DNA of 64,000 nucleotides from Verrucomicrobiota bacterium (GTDB taxonomy: Bacteria > Verrucomicrobiota > Lentisphaeria > Lentisphaerales > Lentisphaeraceae), in the NCBI GenBank assembly GCA_039798785.1, contig JBDKFG010000070.1, forward strand, positions 10,338 to 74,337. The letters run 5' to 3'. The notes under the pieces were generated by a model that was given only the letters and a program-made list of their open reading frames with translations, ran no database searches and was not told the DNA's origin. Both the position numbers and the translations under genes were made by a program. Of the stretch, positions 1-9,055 are shown piece by piece (within the stretch, counting starts at the first letter, position 1; every line of letters starts with the position of its first letter).

Positions 1-2
1 TA

Positions 3-485
3 CTAACTTGTTTGCAGCTTCTGGAGGTTGATGTTATTAGTGATGCAGTTCAAGAAGTGGCGATCGATAGGATTATGCCGGTCGCCATCAAAGAATGCCC
101 AAATCTTGAGCTTTTGAAGATTGCAAATAATAAGAGTGCAGTTGAAATTATTAAAAAGTCAATCAATGAGCCGATAGAGATCGAGATTATACTGAAAGAA
201 AAATCCACGGTGAATGGCATGGATTTTCAGTGGGAAGGAAACCCTTATCAGTTGTTGAAAATTTCCTGCTTTGTCGCTGGGAAATGGATCCCTGTGGCCT
301 GGGATTCCTATGTCAGTGCTGCCGGTCACCATCCGACTTTCTATCCAATAAAAACGGATAGGATAAGACTTCAAGTGACCCCCAGCCAAAGTGTCCGGAT
401 GTACAATATTCGACCCTATTACAATCCTAAGCTCAGCCAAATTTTAGTACCAGCCAGAAGCATCGGAAATCCAACATCGAATTGA
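3..485 (+). CDS. 3' end of a low-GC gene, open off the left edge; C-terminal galactose-binding/discoidin-like beta-sandwich
   Basis: Frame has no stop from the window start. Pattern 'STVNGMDFQW...KWIPV...FYPIKTDRIRLQV...VRMYNI' resembles F5/8-type domain ends. Much more AT-rich than the surroundings. Confidence 0.5.
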   Translation, partial: LTCLQLLEVDVISDAVQEVAIDRIMPVAIKECPNLELLKIANNKSAVEIIKKSINEPIEIEIILKEKSTVNGMDFQWEGNPYQLLKISCFVAGKWIPVAWDSYVSAAGHHPTFYPIKTDRIRLQVTPSQSVRMYNIRPYYNPKLSQILVPARSIGNPTSN

Positions 486-508
486 TCGATCGCGTCGCCC
501 GATCACCA

Positions 509-2233
509 TCAGGCCGAAGCGCTCGCTAGCGATTCGGCACGGGCCAGACGCAAGCGATGCCATCGATACCCAAGCCAGATCATCGAAGCCAAGGCCCCCA
601 GCACTGCCACAAGATCCGCCGCCCATGGATAGAGCATCCAAGGTGTCGGTGGCGCCTTTCTCAGGTAGGGAACGCTGACATCAAGAGCGTCTCGGACGAA
701 GGGCGAGCCATCGTCCGCTCGGAGCTTGGCGAAGACCTGGCCGTCCGGGCCGTGGACTTGCGTGAATCCATATGTGCCGCAACGCATTACAGGAACACCG
801 CACTCGACCGCGCGCAAGGCGCTGTGGGCGGCGTGGCGAGCTCCGCCGCAGGAGTCCTTGAACCAGGAATCATTGGAGAGAACCAGGAGGAGGTCGGCGC
901 CCTGCCGGCGGAAACGCAGCGAGATGCCGGAGAAAAGGCTCTCAAAACAGATTGGCGTACCGATCGCGGCATCAGCTCGTGGATGGAAGACGTTAGTATT
1001 CATTCCTTCGCTGAGGGAGGCGCCCATACCCGACATATCCTCAAACTTCTCGTGCCAGGACCTGGGCAGGAGGTAACGGAAGGGGAAATATTCGCCGTAG
1101 GGCAGGGTATGCACTTTCGAATACAACCCTTGCTGCTGTCCGGCGGCATCGACCCAGACGCTCGAATTGTAGCGAAGCGGACGCGAGCCTGAAACTGTGG
1201 GCAGCTCGGTCGGAGTGCCGAAGATCATCGGAGCACCGGCTCTAGAAGTGGTCATCACGACCGCTTCCACAAAACGAGGATGCTTCGGATAGGAACAGGG
1301 TAGAGGAGTCTCCGGCCAGACGATCAATTCTGGCTGGACTCCCCGCTTCAGGCTAAGTTGGAAATAAGTCAAAGGAGCTTCATCAAGCTGCTGGAAATAC
1401 TCTTCCTCCGTCGCCCCCATCAAGGGCAGGTACAATCCTTGCACCAGACGAACTTGCAGCCTGGCATCGGTCTTCGGCGGCAAATACGTTGCGGCCACCG
1501 CAAGAATGACCACGATGGCTGCGAGCGCAAGCCCGAGGCCACTGGCGACCGCTTTGCAGGCGTCGCGCCGCCCTAGCAGCCAGGCGCCGAGGGCGGCGGA
1601 AAGGGAGAAGCTGACCAAGGCGATCATCAGGGACAAGCCGGATTGTCCCCAGACCCGTGCGGACAGCAAGGTGGCGGGTACTTCCGCCTGCGACACCGCG
1701 AGGGTGGCGAAGGGGACGCCGGTCCAGAGCCAGCCGCGGACCCACTCGAGCGCGGCGAAGAGCGCCGTCGTGCCGAGGGCGCCGAGGATCACCGAGCGCG
1801 GGCTCGGTTGCGGCAGGATGCCGGCACGAGGAGCGGTGACATCGCGCCACAAGAGCGCTTCGTTGAAGGCGCCGCTGAGTCGACAGAAAAGCGCAGTGAG
1901 ACCGCAGTAGCAGATGCCGATGCCGAAGGGCACTAGGAGTTGAATGTGGTGCAGGAAGGAGAAATTTAGTGTGTTGAGGAGCAGGCCGAAGTAGATGCCG
2001 ATCCCCCAGAGACGGCGGTCGTTCCAGCCCAGGCAGGCGAGATGGAGCAGAGCCGGTGCCAGCCAGATGCTCCAGCTCCATGACAGCGGCGGCAAGGAGG
2101 CGCACCAGGCCATAGCCGCGAGGGTCGCGAGGAAGTAGCGCAGCAGCGGATGCATGCGGAAGGGATGTTTCAGATCGGCGGGTGCGGCGGCGCCGGCGAT
2201 GGTGTCAGGAGGTGACATTTTTTTCATCATCAT
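509..2233 (-). CDS. lnt: Apolipoprotein N-acyltransferase
   Basis: N-terminal TM helices, 'EWVRGWLWTGVP', nitrilase triad motifs 'VWPET', 'YSKVHTLPYGEY', 'PICFES', plus 'SNDSWF' and 'RAVECG'. Exact start uncertain. Confidence 0.92.
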   Translation of the reverse strand: MMMKKMSPPDTIAGAAAPADLKHPFRMHPLLRYFLATLAAMAWCASLPPLSWSWSIWLAPALLHLACLGWNDRRLWGIGIYFGLLLNTLNFSFLHHIQLLVPFGIGICYCGLTALFCRLSGAFNEALLWRDVTAPRAGILPQPSPRSVILGALGTTALFAALEWVRGWLWTGVPFATLAVSQAEVPATLLSARVWGQSGLSLMIALVSFSLSAALGAWLLGRRDACKAVASGLGLALAAIVVILAVAATYLPPKTDARLQVRLVQGLYLPLMGATEEEYFQQLDEAPLTYFQLSLKRGVQPELIVWPETPLPCSYPKHPRFVEAVVMTTSRAGAPMIFGTPTELPTVSGSRPLRYNSSVWVDAAGQQQGLYSKVHTLPYGEYFPFRYLLPRSWHEKFEDMSGMGASLSEGMNTNVFHPRADAAIGTPICFESLFSGISLRFRRQGADLLLVLSNDSWFKDSCGGARHAAHSALRAVECGVPVMRCGTYGFTQVHGPDGQVFAKLRADDGSPFVRDALDVSVPYLRKAPPTPWMLYPWAADLVAVLGALASMIWLGYRWHRLRLARAESLASASA

Positions 2234-2678
2234 CTAAAGATTTGAGCCACTTTCTATATTGGAAAATACCAATCATAGAAGATATGTTATTCAGCGTAAA
2301 AAATGCATATATAACCCTAAGTCCAAGCCCAGTGAATGCGTCATTTTGGGTGGCCCAGAAAATATAAGAAGATAGAGCTAACATTGAAGCTGCTGAAGCC
2401 CATGCTAATAATAAGCTTCTTTTTAAAATTGCTGCACATCCCAAGACGACATGAAGTATAACAACAATTAAAGCTATAAAAACTTTTAAAATATCGACTT
2501 CATTATTTGATAAATACAGACATGTTAATAAAATTAACTGAAATACAAATAGGACCAATGATGATATAAGACCATTCCTAAGTTTTTCACGTATAGAGAC
2601 AGGGACTTCAAGAATTATTGTCTCTTTGTTTTCAGGCAATGGGCCATTCAAAACATCCTCATATTTTGGCAGACTCAT
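2205..2678 (-). CDS. AT-rich hypothetical membrane protein (~4 TM)
   Basis: ATG at 2678 (MSLPKYED...), four hydrophobic segments, markedly low GC, overlaps the lnt start region. Confidence 0.65.
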   Translation of the reverse strand: MSLPKYEDVLNGPLPENKETIILEVPVSIREKLRNGLISSLVLFVFQLILLTCLYLSNNEVDILKVFIALIVVILHVVLGCAAILKRSLLLAWASAASMLALSSYIFWATQNDAFTGLGLRVIYAFFTLNNISSMIGIFQYRKWLKSLDDDEKNVTS

Positions 2679-2697
2679 TGATTGATTCCTTGTGTGT

Positions 2698-3123
2698 TTA
2701 TTCAATTTGTCGCAATTCGCGAGCGACGTCGATCGCTTCGCCATCGAAGCGGCAGGTGGCGAGGCTGAGAATTGGCGGTTGCCGTGCGAGGAGCATGGCC
2801 TTGACCGCGGCGGCGCTGGCGACTGGCGATTGACCTTCGAGGCCCGCGGCATCGCGCCAGCGCAGGAGCCAGGCGTCTTCGCCGTCGAGGAGGGGCGGCA
2901 GGATGAATTCCTCGGGCGCGCCGGGAGCAGTTTTGCTCTTGCCGGCTTTGGCCTTGAGTTTCGGGCGCTTGCGGGCGGAGGGGAGCTCGGGCGGGGGCGG
3001 CAGGGGGAAGTTCACTCCGGGCAGGAGGCGGGCGATCTCGGCTTCGGCGAGAGCGACACGGCCAAAGGCGTCGTCGCGGTCGAGGAGCAGCTCGGCCAGG
3101 CGCAGTCGTTCCGCGGCGGTCAT
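2698..3123 (-). CDS. Hypothetical protein; N-terminal helix-FxxPxPP-Lys-rich module paralogous to the upstream gene
   Basis: 141-aa ORF with host-like codon usage; N-terminus aligns with 3233..3571. Confidence 0.7.
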   Translation of the reverse strand: MTAAERLRLAELLLDRDDAFGRVALAEAEIARLLPGVNFPLPPPPELPSARKRPKLKAKAGKSKTAPGAPEEFILPPLLDGEDAWLLRWRDAAGLEGQSPVASAAAVKAMLLARQPPILSLATCRFDGEAIDVARELRQIE

Positions 3124-3196
3124 GATCGACCTCCGGGTGAAATGCGGAAACTGGACTGGGCTTGAGTCACGAATGGAACCTATTGCTGCTAAGAGC

Positions 3197-3231
3197 TTAA
3201 ACTTTAAAATTTAAACTTTAAACTTTAAACT
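3197..3231. repeat. Heptamer tandem repeat (TTAAACT)x5, one variant
   Basis: TTAAACT TTAAAAT TTAAACT TTAAACT TTAAACT, immediately after the stop of 3233..3571. Confidence 0.95.
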
Positions 3232-3232
3232 C

Positions 3233-3571
3233 TTATTCCTGCTCGTTCTCTTCATCGCTGTCGACTTCCGGGCTGGGTGCAGCCTTGCTGCCGCGGGGGG
3301 CCTTGGCCTTGGGGGCGGGCTTGGCGACGGCGACGGCGCGGGCGCCGTAGAAGACGGGAACCGGGGGCTCGGGGAATTCGAAGGCGCCATCTTCACCGAT
3401 GACCTCTTCGATCTGGCGCTCGGCATCGGCGATGCGGCGGTAGGCTTCTTCACGCTGGATCAGCAGCTCGTCGATCTTGACGCGGGCTTCGAGCGCGGCG
3501 CGGATCGTCGCGGCATCGGCACGGGTGACGATGTCGACGAAGGACAGGCTGTTGCTTTTCTTTTCGGCCAT
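3233..3571 (-). CDS. Small hypothetical coiled-coil protein with Ala/Lys/Pro tail and acidic end
   Basis: ATG at 3571 (MAEKKSNS...), strong C/G third-position bias. Confidence 0.75.
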   Translation of the reverse strand: MAEKKSNSLSFVDIVTRADAATIRAALEARVKIDELLIQREEAYRRIADAERQIEEVIGEDGAFEFPEPPVPVFYGARAVAVAKPAPKAKAPRGSKAAPSPEVDSDEENEQE

Positions 3572-3633
3572 CTTTTTGTCTCTTGCTTGGGGTATGGGGT
3601 TCAATCGTGATTGGGGTGAAGGAAAGGGTTATC

Positions 3634-5010
3634 TCAGCCGATTTCCGACAGTCGCTGGCGGGCTCGCTGCTGGGCGGCGGCGGCGACGGCGGCATCGGCA
3701 TCGTTCTGCAGTTGCACCAGGCTGGCGGAGTCGAGCGAGGGAGCTTTGACCGCTTGCAGGCGCAGCCAGGGCAGGGGCGAGCGGGCGGCTTCGGCGACGC
3801 AGGAGCGGGGCAGGTGGCGGCTGGCGAGACCCAGGGCGCGGATCGCCGGCGAGGGATCGGCGAAACATTCCAATGCGGCATTTTCCGGCAAGCCGGAATC
3901 GCTCAGGCCGCGACGGGCGATGAGGCTGCGCAGGACGCGGTCGTTATGGGTCAGGAGGCGGCGCAAGGCGGTCGCCGGGAGGTCGCGTCCTGAGAGTGCG
4001 AGCAGGCGCAGGACGGCGGAGTCAGGGGAATGGCTGAGCATTTCCGCCAGGCGCGGCGAGAAGTCATCGCGGCTGAGTAGGGCATCGGCGACGGCGGCAT
4101 CGGCATTGCGGGCGAGATCTTCGAGCTGATCGCTGGAGCTGTCGGGTGCGGCGGCGAGCACCGCTTTCAAGCTGCCGCCCGAGTCTTCGGAGAGGGCGTC
4201 GCGGGCTTCGTCGGCGAGGCCGCTTTGGGCAGCGAGGAAGGCACGGACCGAATCAGTGCCGTTTTTGGCGAGGCCGACTTGGACCGGAGGATCAGGGAGT
4301 CGCTCCTTGATCGCGGCGATGGCGATGTTGCCGTGCGGTGACAAAGCGAGGGATTCGAGGCAGTCGCCGTCGAGATCCTTGCGCTGCAGGAGGCAGGCCT
4401 GGAGCAGCGGTTCGTCGGAGTCTGCCCATTCGAGCAGTTCCGAGGGCGAGGGCTTCGAGGCGGTGACGGCGGTGGCGCTGACTCCGGGATCCGGATCGCG
4501 GACCAGGCGTTGCAGGAGATCGCGGTCGAGCCCCTTGCGGGTCGCGAGGGCGGCGCGCACAAAGGGATGAGGATCGGAGCTGAGGAAAAGTGCGATCCGG
4601 CTAGGGACCGAGATGTTGCGCGCCAAGGTGGCTCGGACCTGCGGCGAGGGATCCTTGGCGAGTAGAGCCGCTGTACCGGGACTGATCTGCTTGTGAGAAG
4701 CGACGGTGATCCGCACGGCAGAGCTGTCCGAGCGTGCGAACTCAGCCATCGCTGTCACTGGCAGGCGGGGGTGCTGGCAGAGCGCCTGCAGAACTTCTGG
4801 ATCGTCACAGCGACCGAGCAGTTTCTCGATGATGGCGGTCGCGGTGCCGGGAATCAAGGCAAGGAAAAGATCAGCCTCGCCCCGCGCCTCGAGCTCGATC
4901 TGAACCTTCGAAGGAACGAATTCATCCTTGCGGAAGAGACGCGCCGCTCCCTCCGAGCCGCGCTCGCGGATCAGATCGAGGATGTCATCAACTGTGGTGT
5001 CGATAGCCAA
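3634..5010 (-). CDS. Leucine-rich repeat variant (LRV)/HEAT-like repeat protein
   Basis: Many ~24-aa repeats of type 'LAKDPSPQVRATLARN', 'LSSDPHPFVRAALA', 'LVRDPDPGVSATAV'. Confidence 0.85.
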   Translation of the reverse strand: MAIDTTVDDILDLIRERGSEGAARLFRKDEFVPSKVQIELEARGEADLFLALIPGTATAIIEKLLGRCDDPEVLQALCQHPRLPVTAMAEFARSDSSAVRITVASHKQISPGTAALLAKDPSPQVRATLARNISVPSRIALFLSSDPHPFVRAALATRKGLDRDLLQRLVRDPDPGVSATAVTASKPSPSELLEWADSDEPLLQACLLQRKDLDGDCLESLALSPHGNIAIAAIKERLPDPPVQVGLAKNGTDSVRAFLAAQSGLADEARDALSEDSGGSLKAVLAAAPDSSSDQLEDLARNADAAVADALLSRDDFSPRLAEMLSHSPDSAVLRLLALSGRDLPATALRRLLTHNDRVLRSLIARRGLSDSGLPENAALECFADPSPAIRALGLASRHLPRSCVAEAARSPLPWLRLQAVKAPSLDSASLVQLQNDADAAVAAAAQQRARQRLSEIG

Positions 5011-5124
5011 GAGTTCGAACGCCTTGAATTTGCCGCCTCATTATTAGCATGCCGGAGCCGTCTTGCCTGCCGGTCCGGCATAAAAATGGCTGCTATTTAA
5101 GAGATGAAAAGAAATCGGTCTGAG

Positions 5125-5673
5125 TCAAGCGAAGATAGAAGCCTTCACTTGTTCAGCCGCTTCGCCAAGACCGGCAGCACGGAGGATCTCGAAGGCGAAT
5201 TCGATCGAGACGCCGGCGCCTTTTGCCGTGACGATACGTCCGTCGCGTTCAACTCGTGCGCCAGTGACCCGAGCGGATCCCAGCTCAGGCTCCTTGGCGG
5301 GAAAGCAGGTGACCTGACGGTCGCGGATCAGGCCGGCGCGTTCAAGGACGATCGGAGCCGCGCAAATCGCGGCGATGACGGCATCGGGAGCGAGTTTTTG
5401 CAGAAAGCTGATCAGCTCCTCGCTGTCGCGCAAGTGGTGGGCCCCCGGAAGTCCACCGGGAAGAACCACGACCCCATAATCCTGGGCAGAGGCTGCGGCA
5501 AAGGCCTTGTCGGAGGCAAGGACCAGGCCGCGGACGCCGGTTGCCGTATTTGAGCCGCTGAGGGAGAGGATGTCAACCTTGACGCCGGCCCGCCGCAAGA
5601 TGGTCAAAGGAGCGACGGTTTCGAGCTCCTCGAAACCGTCGGCCAGAAGCAGGGCTGCGCGCAACTCAGGCAT
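5125..5673 (-). CDS. DJ-1/PfpI family protein (YajL/ThiJ-like)
   Basis: 'LADGFEELE', 'LRRAG', 'VVLPGG', 'AAICAAP', 'VTAKGAG'. ATG at 5673 overlaps the trxA stop. Confidence 0.92.
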   Translation of the reverse strand: MPELRAALLLADGFEELETVAPLTILRRAGVKVDILSLSGSNTATGVRGLVLASDKAFAAASAQDYGVVVLPGGLPGAHHLRDSEELISFLQKLAPDAVIAAICAAPIVLERAGLIRDRQVTCFPAKEPELGSARVTGARVERDGRIVTAKGAGVSIEFAFEILRAAGLGEAAEQVKASIFA

Positions 5674-5992
5674 GCTTGAGAAGCTTGTCGACCAAGTCGT
5701 TTTCACGCTGGCTGGCGCCGACCAGGCGCTCGACTTCCTTGCCGTCCTTGAAGATGATCAGGGTGGGGATCGACTGGACACCGTACTGCATGGCGCTGTC
5801 CTGGCCTTCATCGGTGTTGATCTTGGCGACCTTGGCTTTGCCTTGGACTCGCTCGGCGACTTTGTCGATGAGAGGAGCGATCATGCGGCAGGGGCCGCAC
5901 CAGGGCGCCCAGAAATCGACCAGAGTGACACCACTGGCGACGGTGGAAGAGAAGTTCGAGTCGTCGAGGACGATGACTTTTTCAGAGGCCAT
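5666..5992 (-). CDS. trxA: Thioredoxin
   Basis: 'DFWAPWCGPCRM', 'SIPTL', 108 aa. Confidence 0.96.
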   Translation of the reverse strand: MASEKVIVLDDSNFSSTVASGVTLVDFWAPWCGPCRMIAPLIDKVAERVQGKAKVAKINTDEGQDSAMQYGVQSIPTLIIFKDGKEVERLVGASQRENDLVDKLLKHA

Positions 5993-6198
5993 GAGTAATC
6001 TCCTGAGTTGATGAATGATTTTTAAAGTGACGCGACAGGCGTTCCTTAGGCCGAATCTAGACCAAAGGAGACGAGAGCCAAGGGCTGAAACGGGATTGAG
6101 CCGCGAAAAAAAACACTTTTCCTTTCAATTGCCTTGTCAAGCACCCGGCCTCGGCAGTATGCTCTTTGTGTCAGTCAGCGGAACAAGGAGACTTTGAG

Positions 6199-7260
6199 AT
6201 GAGTTATTGGAAATTCTGCCATCAGTGCGGCTCGAAAGTCGGCGATGACAATTTGGCTCAATGCTGTTCCTGCAAAGCTCCGCTCCACTGCGGCAATTGC
6301 AGCTCACCGATCTTCCCTGCAGCGCTGGCGTGCGGCGGTTGCGGCAAGCTGCTGGGGCGCCCGAAGGAAAGCTCAGCTTCGGCCTATTCCAGCTCTTACA
6401 CCGGCAGCGGCTACTCCAGCTCCTCCTACAGCTCGGTGGGGTCTTACGCCACTTCGCAGCCCACTGCCTCCAACGCTTACAGACCGCCTACCTATGCCTC
6501 CTCGATTTCCGCAAGCGTCAAGTCCCCGCCTCCCTCCCCTTCCCCCTCATACGCCGGCTCTTCGCCTGGCTCCATCACTGCTGGCACTTCTTACCAAGGT
6601 AACGGATACGGCGGCTCGGCCTTCGGCGCCGCAAAAGAAACCCACAGCTATGCCGCCCCGACGATCGCCACCGGTGCCGTTCTCGGGGGCGCTGCCGGAA
6701 TGGGGGCGTTCAAGAGCGGCTTTTCCGGCGAAACGAGTGGAGAGGCTCCTGCCGCCAGCGATGCCGCCGCCTCGCTGGAAAGCATCGTCGAGGATGTCCT
6801 GGGGACGGATGCCGACAGGCGCAGAGCCGCCTTGGAGGAACTGAAAAGACGGCCTGCCGATCTCAAGGAGCTGGTCGCCTCACTCGAAAAGCCGGCCCGC
6901 ATCGATCGCATACGGCCGGCCCGCGTCCTGCTTCAGCTCGAGCACGAACCCGTCAAAGCGGCCGCGGCGATCAGTGACGCCCTCTGCAACGACCCCTCGT
7001 GGTCGACCAGGAAAGCAGCGCTCGACGCTCTGGTCAGTGAAGGACAGAAGGCGAAAGACGCCATTCCCAGCCTCAGCAAGGCTCTGGCCGACGGACGCGT
7101 CGACCGCAAAGAGATCTCCTGCATGGCTGCCGAAGCTCTCGGGGCGATCAGTCCGAAGGCCCAGGCCCACGCCGCCAAAGCTCTTGAAAAAGCTCTGAAT
7201 TCGGACAACTGGTTCCTCCGGGAAGCGGCCAAAAAGGCTCTCGAAAAAATCAAAAAGTGA
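6199..7260 (+). CDS. Double zinc ribbon + Ser/Tyr/Gly low-complexity linker + HEAT/PBS-lyase repeat protein
   Basis: Four CxxC pairs (CHQC, CSC, CGNC, CGGC), Ser-rich middle, C-terminal HEAT repeats ('RKAALDAL', 'AAEALGAI', 'REAAKKALEKI'). AAGGAG precedes ATG 6199. Confidence 0.8.
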   Translation: MSYWKFCHQCGSKVGDDNLAQCCSCKAPLHCGNCSSPIFPAALACGGCGKLLGRPKESSASAYSSSYTGSGYSSSSYSSVGSYATSQPTASNAYRPPTYASSISASVKSPPPSPSPSYAGSSPGSITAGTSYQGNGYGGSAFGAAKETHSYAAPTIATGAVLGGAAGMGAFKSGFSGETSGEAPAASDAAASLESIVEDVLGTDADRRRAALEELKRRPADLKELVASLEKPARIDRIRPARVLLQLEHEPVKAAAAISDALCNDPSWSTRKAALDALVSEGQKAKDAIPSLSKALADGRVDRKEISCMAAEALGAISPKAQAHAAKALEKALNSDNWFLREAAKKALEKIKK

Positions 7261-7352
7261 TTACTGCAACTGCTTGTCGGACAAAGCATCAGATAAGTCA
7301 CAATGAACTGCAGTGACTCTGCGACAGCGACGGTCACAGAGTCTTGCCGGCG

Positions 7353-8264
7353 TCAAAACCGCCAGAGGAGCGACAAGCAGCTGCGATCCTCCGGCACCGC
7401 TTCAGGCTCGTCGCTTTGGCGGCTGACCGGCCATTCATGGCTCAATTCGAGATCAAGGGAGTCGCCGAGATGCAGCCGCAAGCGCGGCCCTACGCTGCGG
7501 CGATGGCCGTCGTCATCCTGGAACCAACGTTGGAACAAGGGGAAACAAGCATGAGAAAAATGCCTCTCCTCGCTAATGAAGAAGCCCAGATCGACCGGCC
7601 CGGCGACGAAGCCGCCGCCAGCATGAAGGCTTAAGGAATCCTCGTAGCCGGGTTCCTGTTCGATCCGGAATCCACCTTCGAGATAAAAAGCTTCAATGCG
7701 CTTCCGTGCGCTGAAATCAAGTGCCAGCTGCCACTCGGTCGCATCCATCCCAGCAGTCTCTTCACCACTGAATTTGGCCAGAGGCAGGCCGAGGAAAATG
7801 CCGCAGCGCCCCCATCCGCCCTCGCTGTCATGATCCCCCAGAATCATGCCGACCTGCCCGTCTCGCCAAGGCGATTCGTCTTCGCCTGCATCAAAATCCC
7901 TGCTCACATCAAGTGTGAAGCGAAGGTCTTGAGGGCTCTTGAAAACCTCCTTCGGCAGACCGGCGCCAACGGGGCTCCAAAGCGACCAAGTCGGCTTCAT
8001 GTCAGTCGAAGACTTGAGCTCATGCGGTTTATTCCCGAACACTGACGACTGCAGGTGGAAAGTTTCAATCACTCGCCGCCCTGGACGCGGCCCCGCCAGC
8101 ACTTTGCGCCCTTTCGGATCGCTGAGGCGCAGGGAAGTGAAACTGGTGCCGATGCTGAAGCCGTCTTCAGATTGAAGGGGGAAAGCAGGACTCCACTCGG
8201 GACCGAATTCACCAGCCGTCAACGAGGTGGCAGAGAGAAGAAGCCAGGCGAATGCAGCTGGCAT
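7353..8264 (-). CDS. Putative outer-membrane beta-barrel protein
   Basis: Signal-peptide-like start (MPAAFAWLLLSA...), alternating beta-strand patterns, terminal 'LSLLWRF'. Start uncertain. Confidence 0.55.
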   Translation of the reverse strand: MPAAFAWLLLSATSLTAGEFGPEWSPAFPLQSEDGFSIGTSFTSLRLSDPKGRKVLAGPRPGRRVIETFHLQSSVFGNKPHELKSSTDMKPTWSLWSPVGAGLPKEVFKSPQDLRFTLDVSRDFDAGEDESPWRDGQVGMILGDHDSEGGWGRCGIFLGLPLAKFSGEETAGMDATEWQLALDFSARKRIEAFYLEGGFRIEQEPGYEDSLSLHAGGGFVAGPVDLGFFISEERHFSHACFPLFQRWFQDDDGHRRSVGPRLRLHLGDSLDLELSHEWPVSRQSDEPEAVPEDRSCLSLLWRF

Positions 8265-8313
8265 TTTCGGGATCGATGTAGTCGTGGTCAAGACCCTTGA
8301 GGAAGTGATGAAC

Positions 8314-9036
8314 TCAATTCTGCTCATAGGCCGCCATGTAGACCGAGTACAGTTCGGCCGGGAGATAGACGACGCGGAAGCCCATGTAGGTGCGGCGCTT
8401 CGATGGCGGATAGGAGAACAGGCGGGCGCCATTTTCGAGATGGGTGGCGGGATTCTGCCACGAGCCGCCTTTCAGTACATGGAGATCTCGTTCGTCATTG
8501 AAAGAATCGAGAGTCCACTCCCAGACGTTGCCGGCCATGTCCTGGCATCCGTAGACCGAGGCGCCGCCGGGGCGGCGGCCGATTTGAGACGTGGTTCCTG
8601 CGTCGGCATGGTCGAAATAGGCGAGATCATGCTCTGGCACGGCGTTGCCCCAGGGGTAGAGGCGTCCGTCTTCGCCACGAGCCGCCTTCTCCCACTCATC
8701 GACTTGCGGGAGGGCGTAATATTCACCTGTCTTGCCACGCAACCAGCGGCAGAAAGCCTTGGCGTCGTCCCAGCTGACGTTGCAGGCGGGGCAGTCCGGC
8801 ATCGGCGACATCTGCTGCAGCAGCGCCAGATCCTCGGCGGCATAGGGATGCTTGGTGGCTCGGAGGAAGGCCTGGAACATGCCGGCGGTGACCGGATGGC
8901 GGCCGATGAGGAAGGCTGCGGGCAGGGAGAGACGGTCCTTGCCTTCGACCCCGCCGAGGAAGGGCCCGGCAGGGACATAGCAGAACTCCTGGCCGAGATG
9001 ATCCCGGATCACTTCACCGATTTTGTAAGACATCAC
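8314..9036 (-). CDS. Formylglycine-generating enzyme (SUMF1/EgtB/PvdO) domain protein
   Basis: 'VSWDDAKAFCRWL', 'EWEKAARG', 'YPWG', 'DMAGNVWEWT', 'KGGSW', 'GFRV'. Confidence 0.9.
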   Translation of the reverse strand: MMSYKIGEVIRDHLGQEFCYVPAGPFLGGVEGKDRLSLPAAFLIGRHPVTAGMFQAFLRATKHPYAAEDLALLQQMSPMPDCPACNVSWDDAKAFCRWLRGKTGEYYALPQVDEWEKAARGEDGRLYPWGNAVPEHDLAYFDHADAGTTSQIGRRPGGASVYGCQDMAGNVWEWTLDSFNDERDLHVLKGGSWQNPATHLENGARLFSYPPSKRRTYMGFRVVYLPAELYSVYMAAYEQN

Positions 9037-9055
9037 TCCCCTGCGTGGCTTTGCC

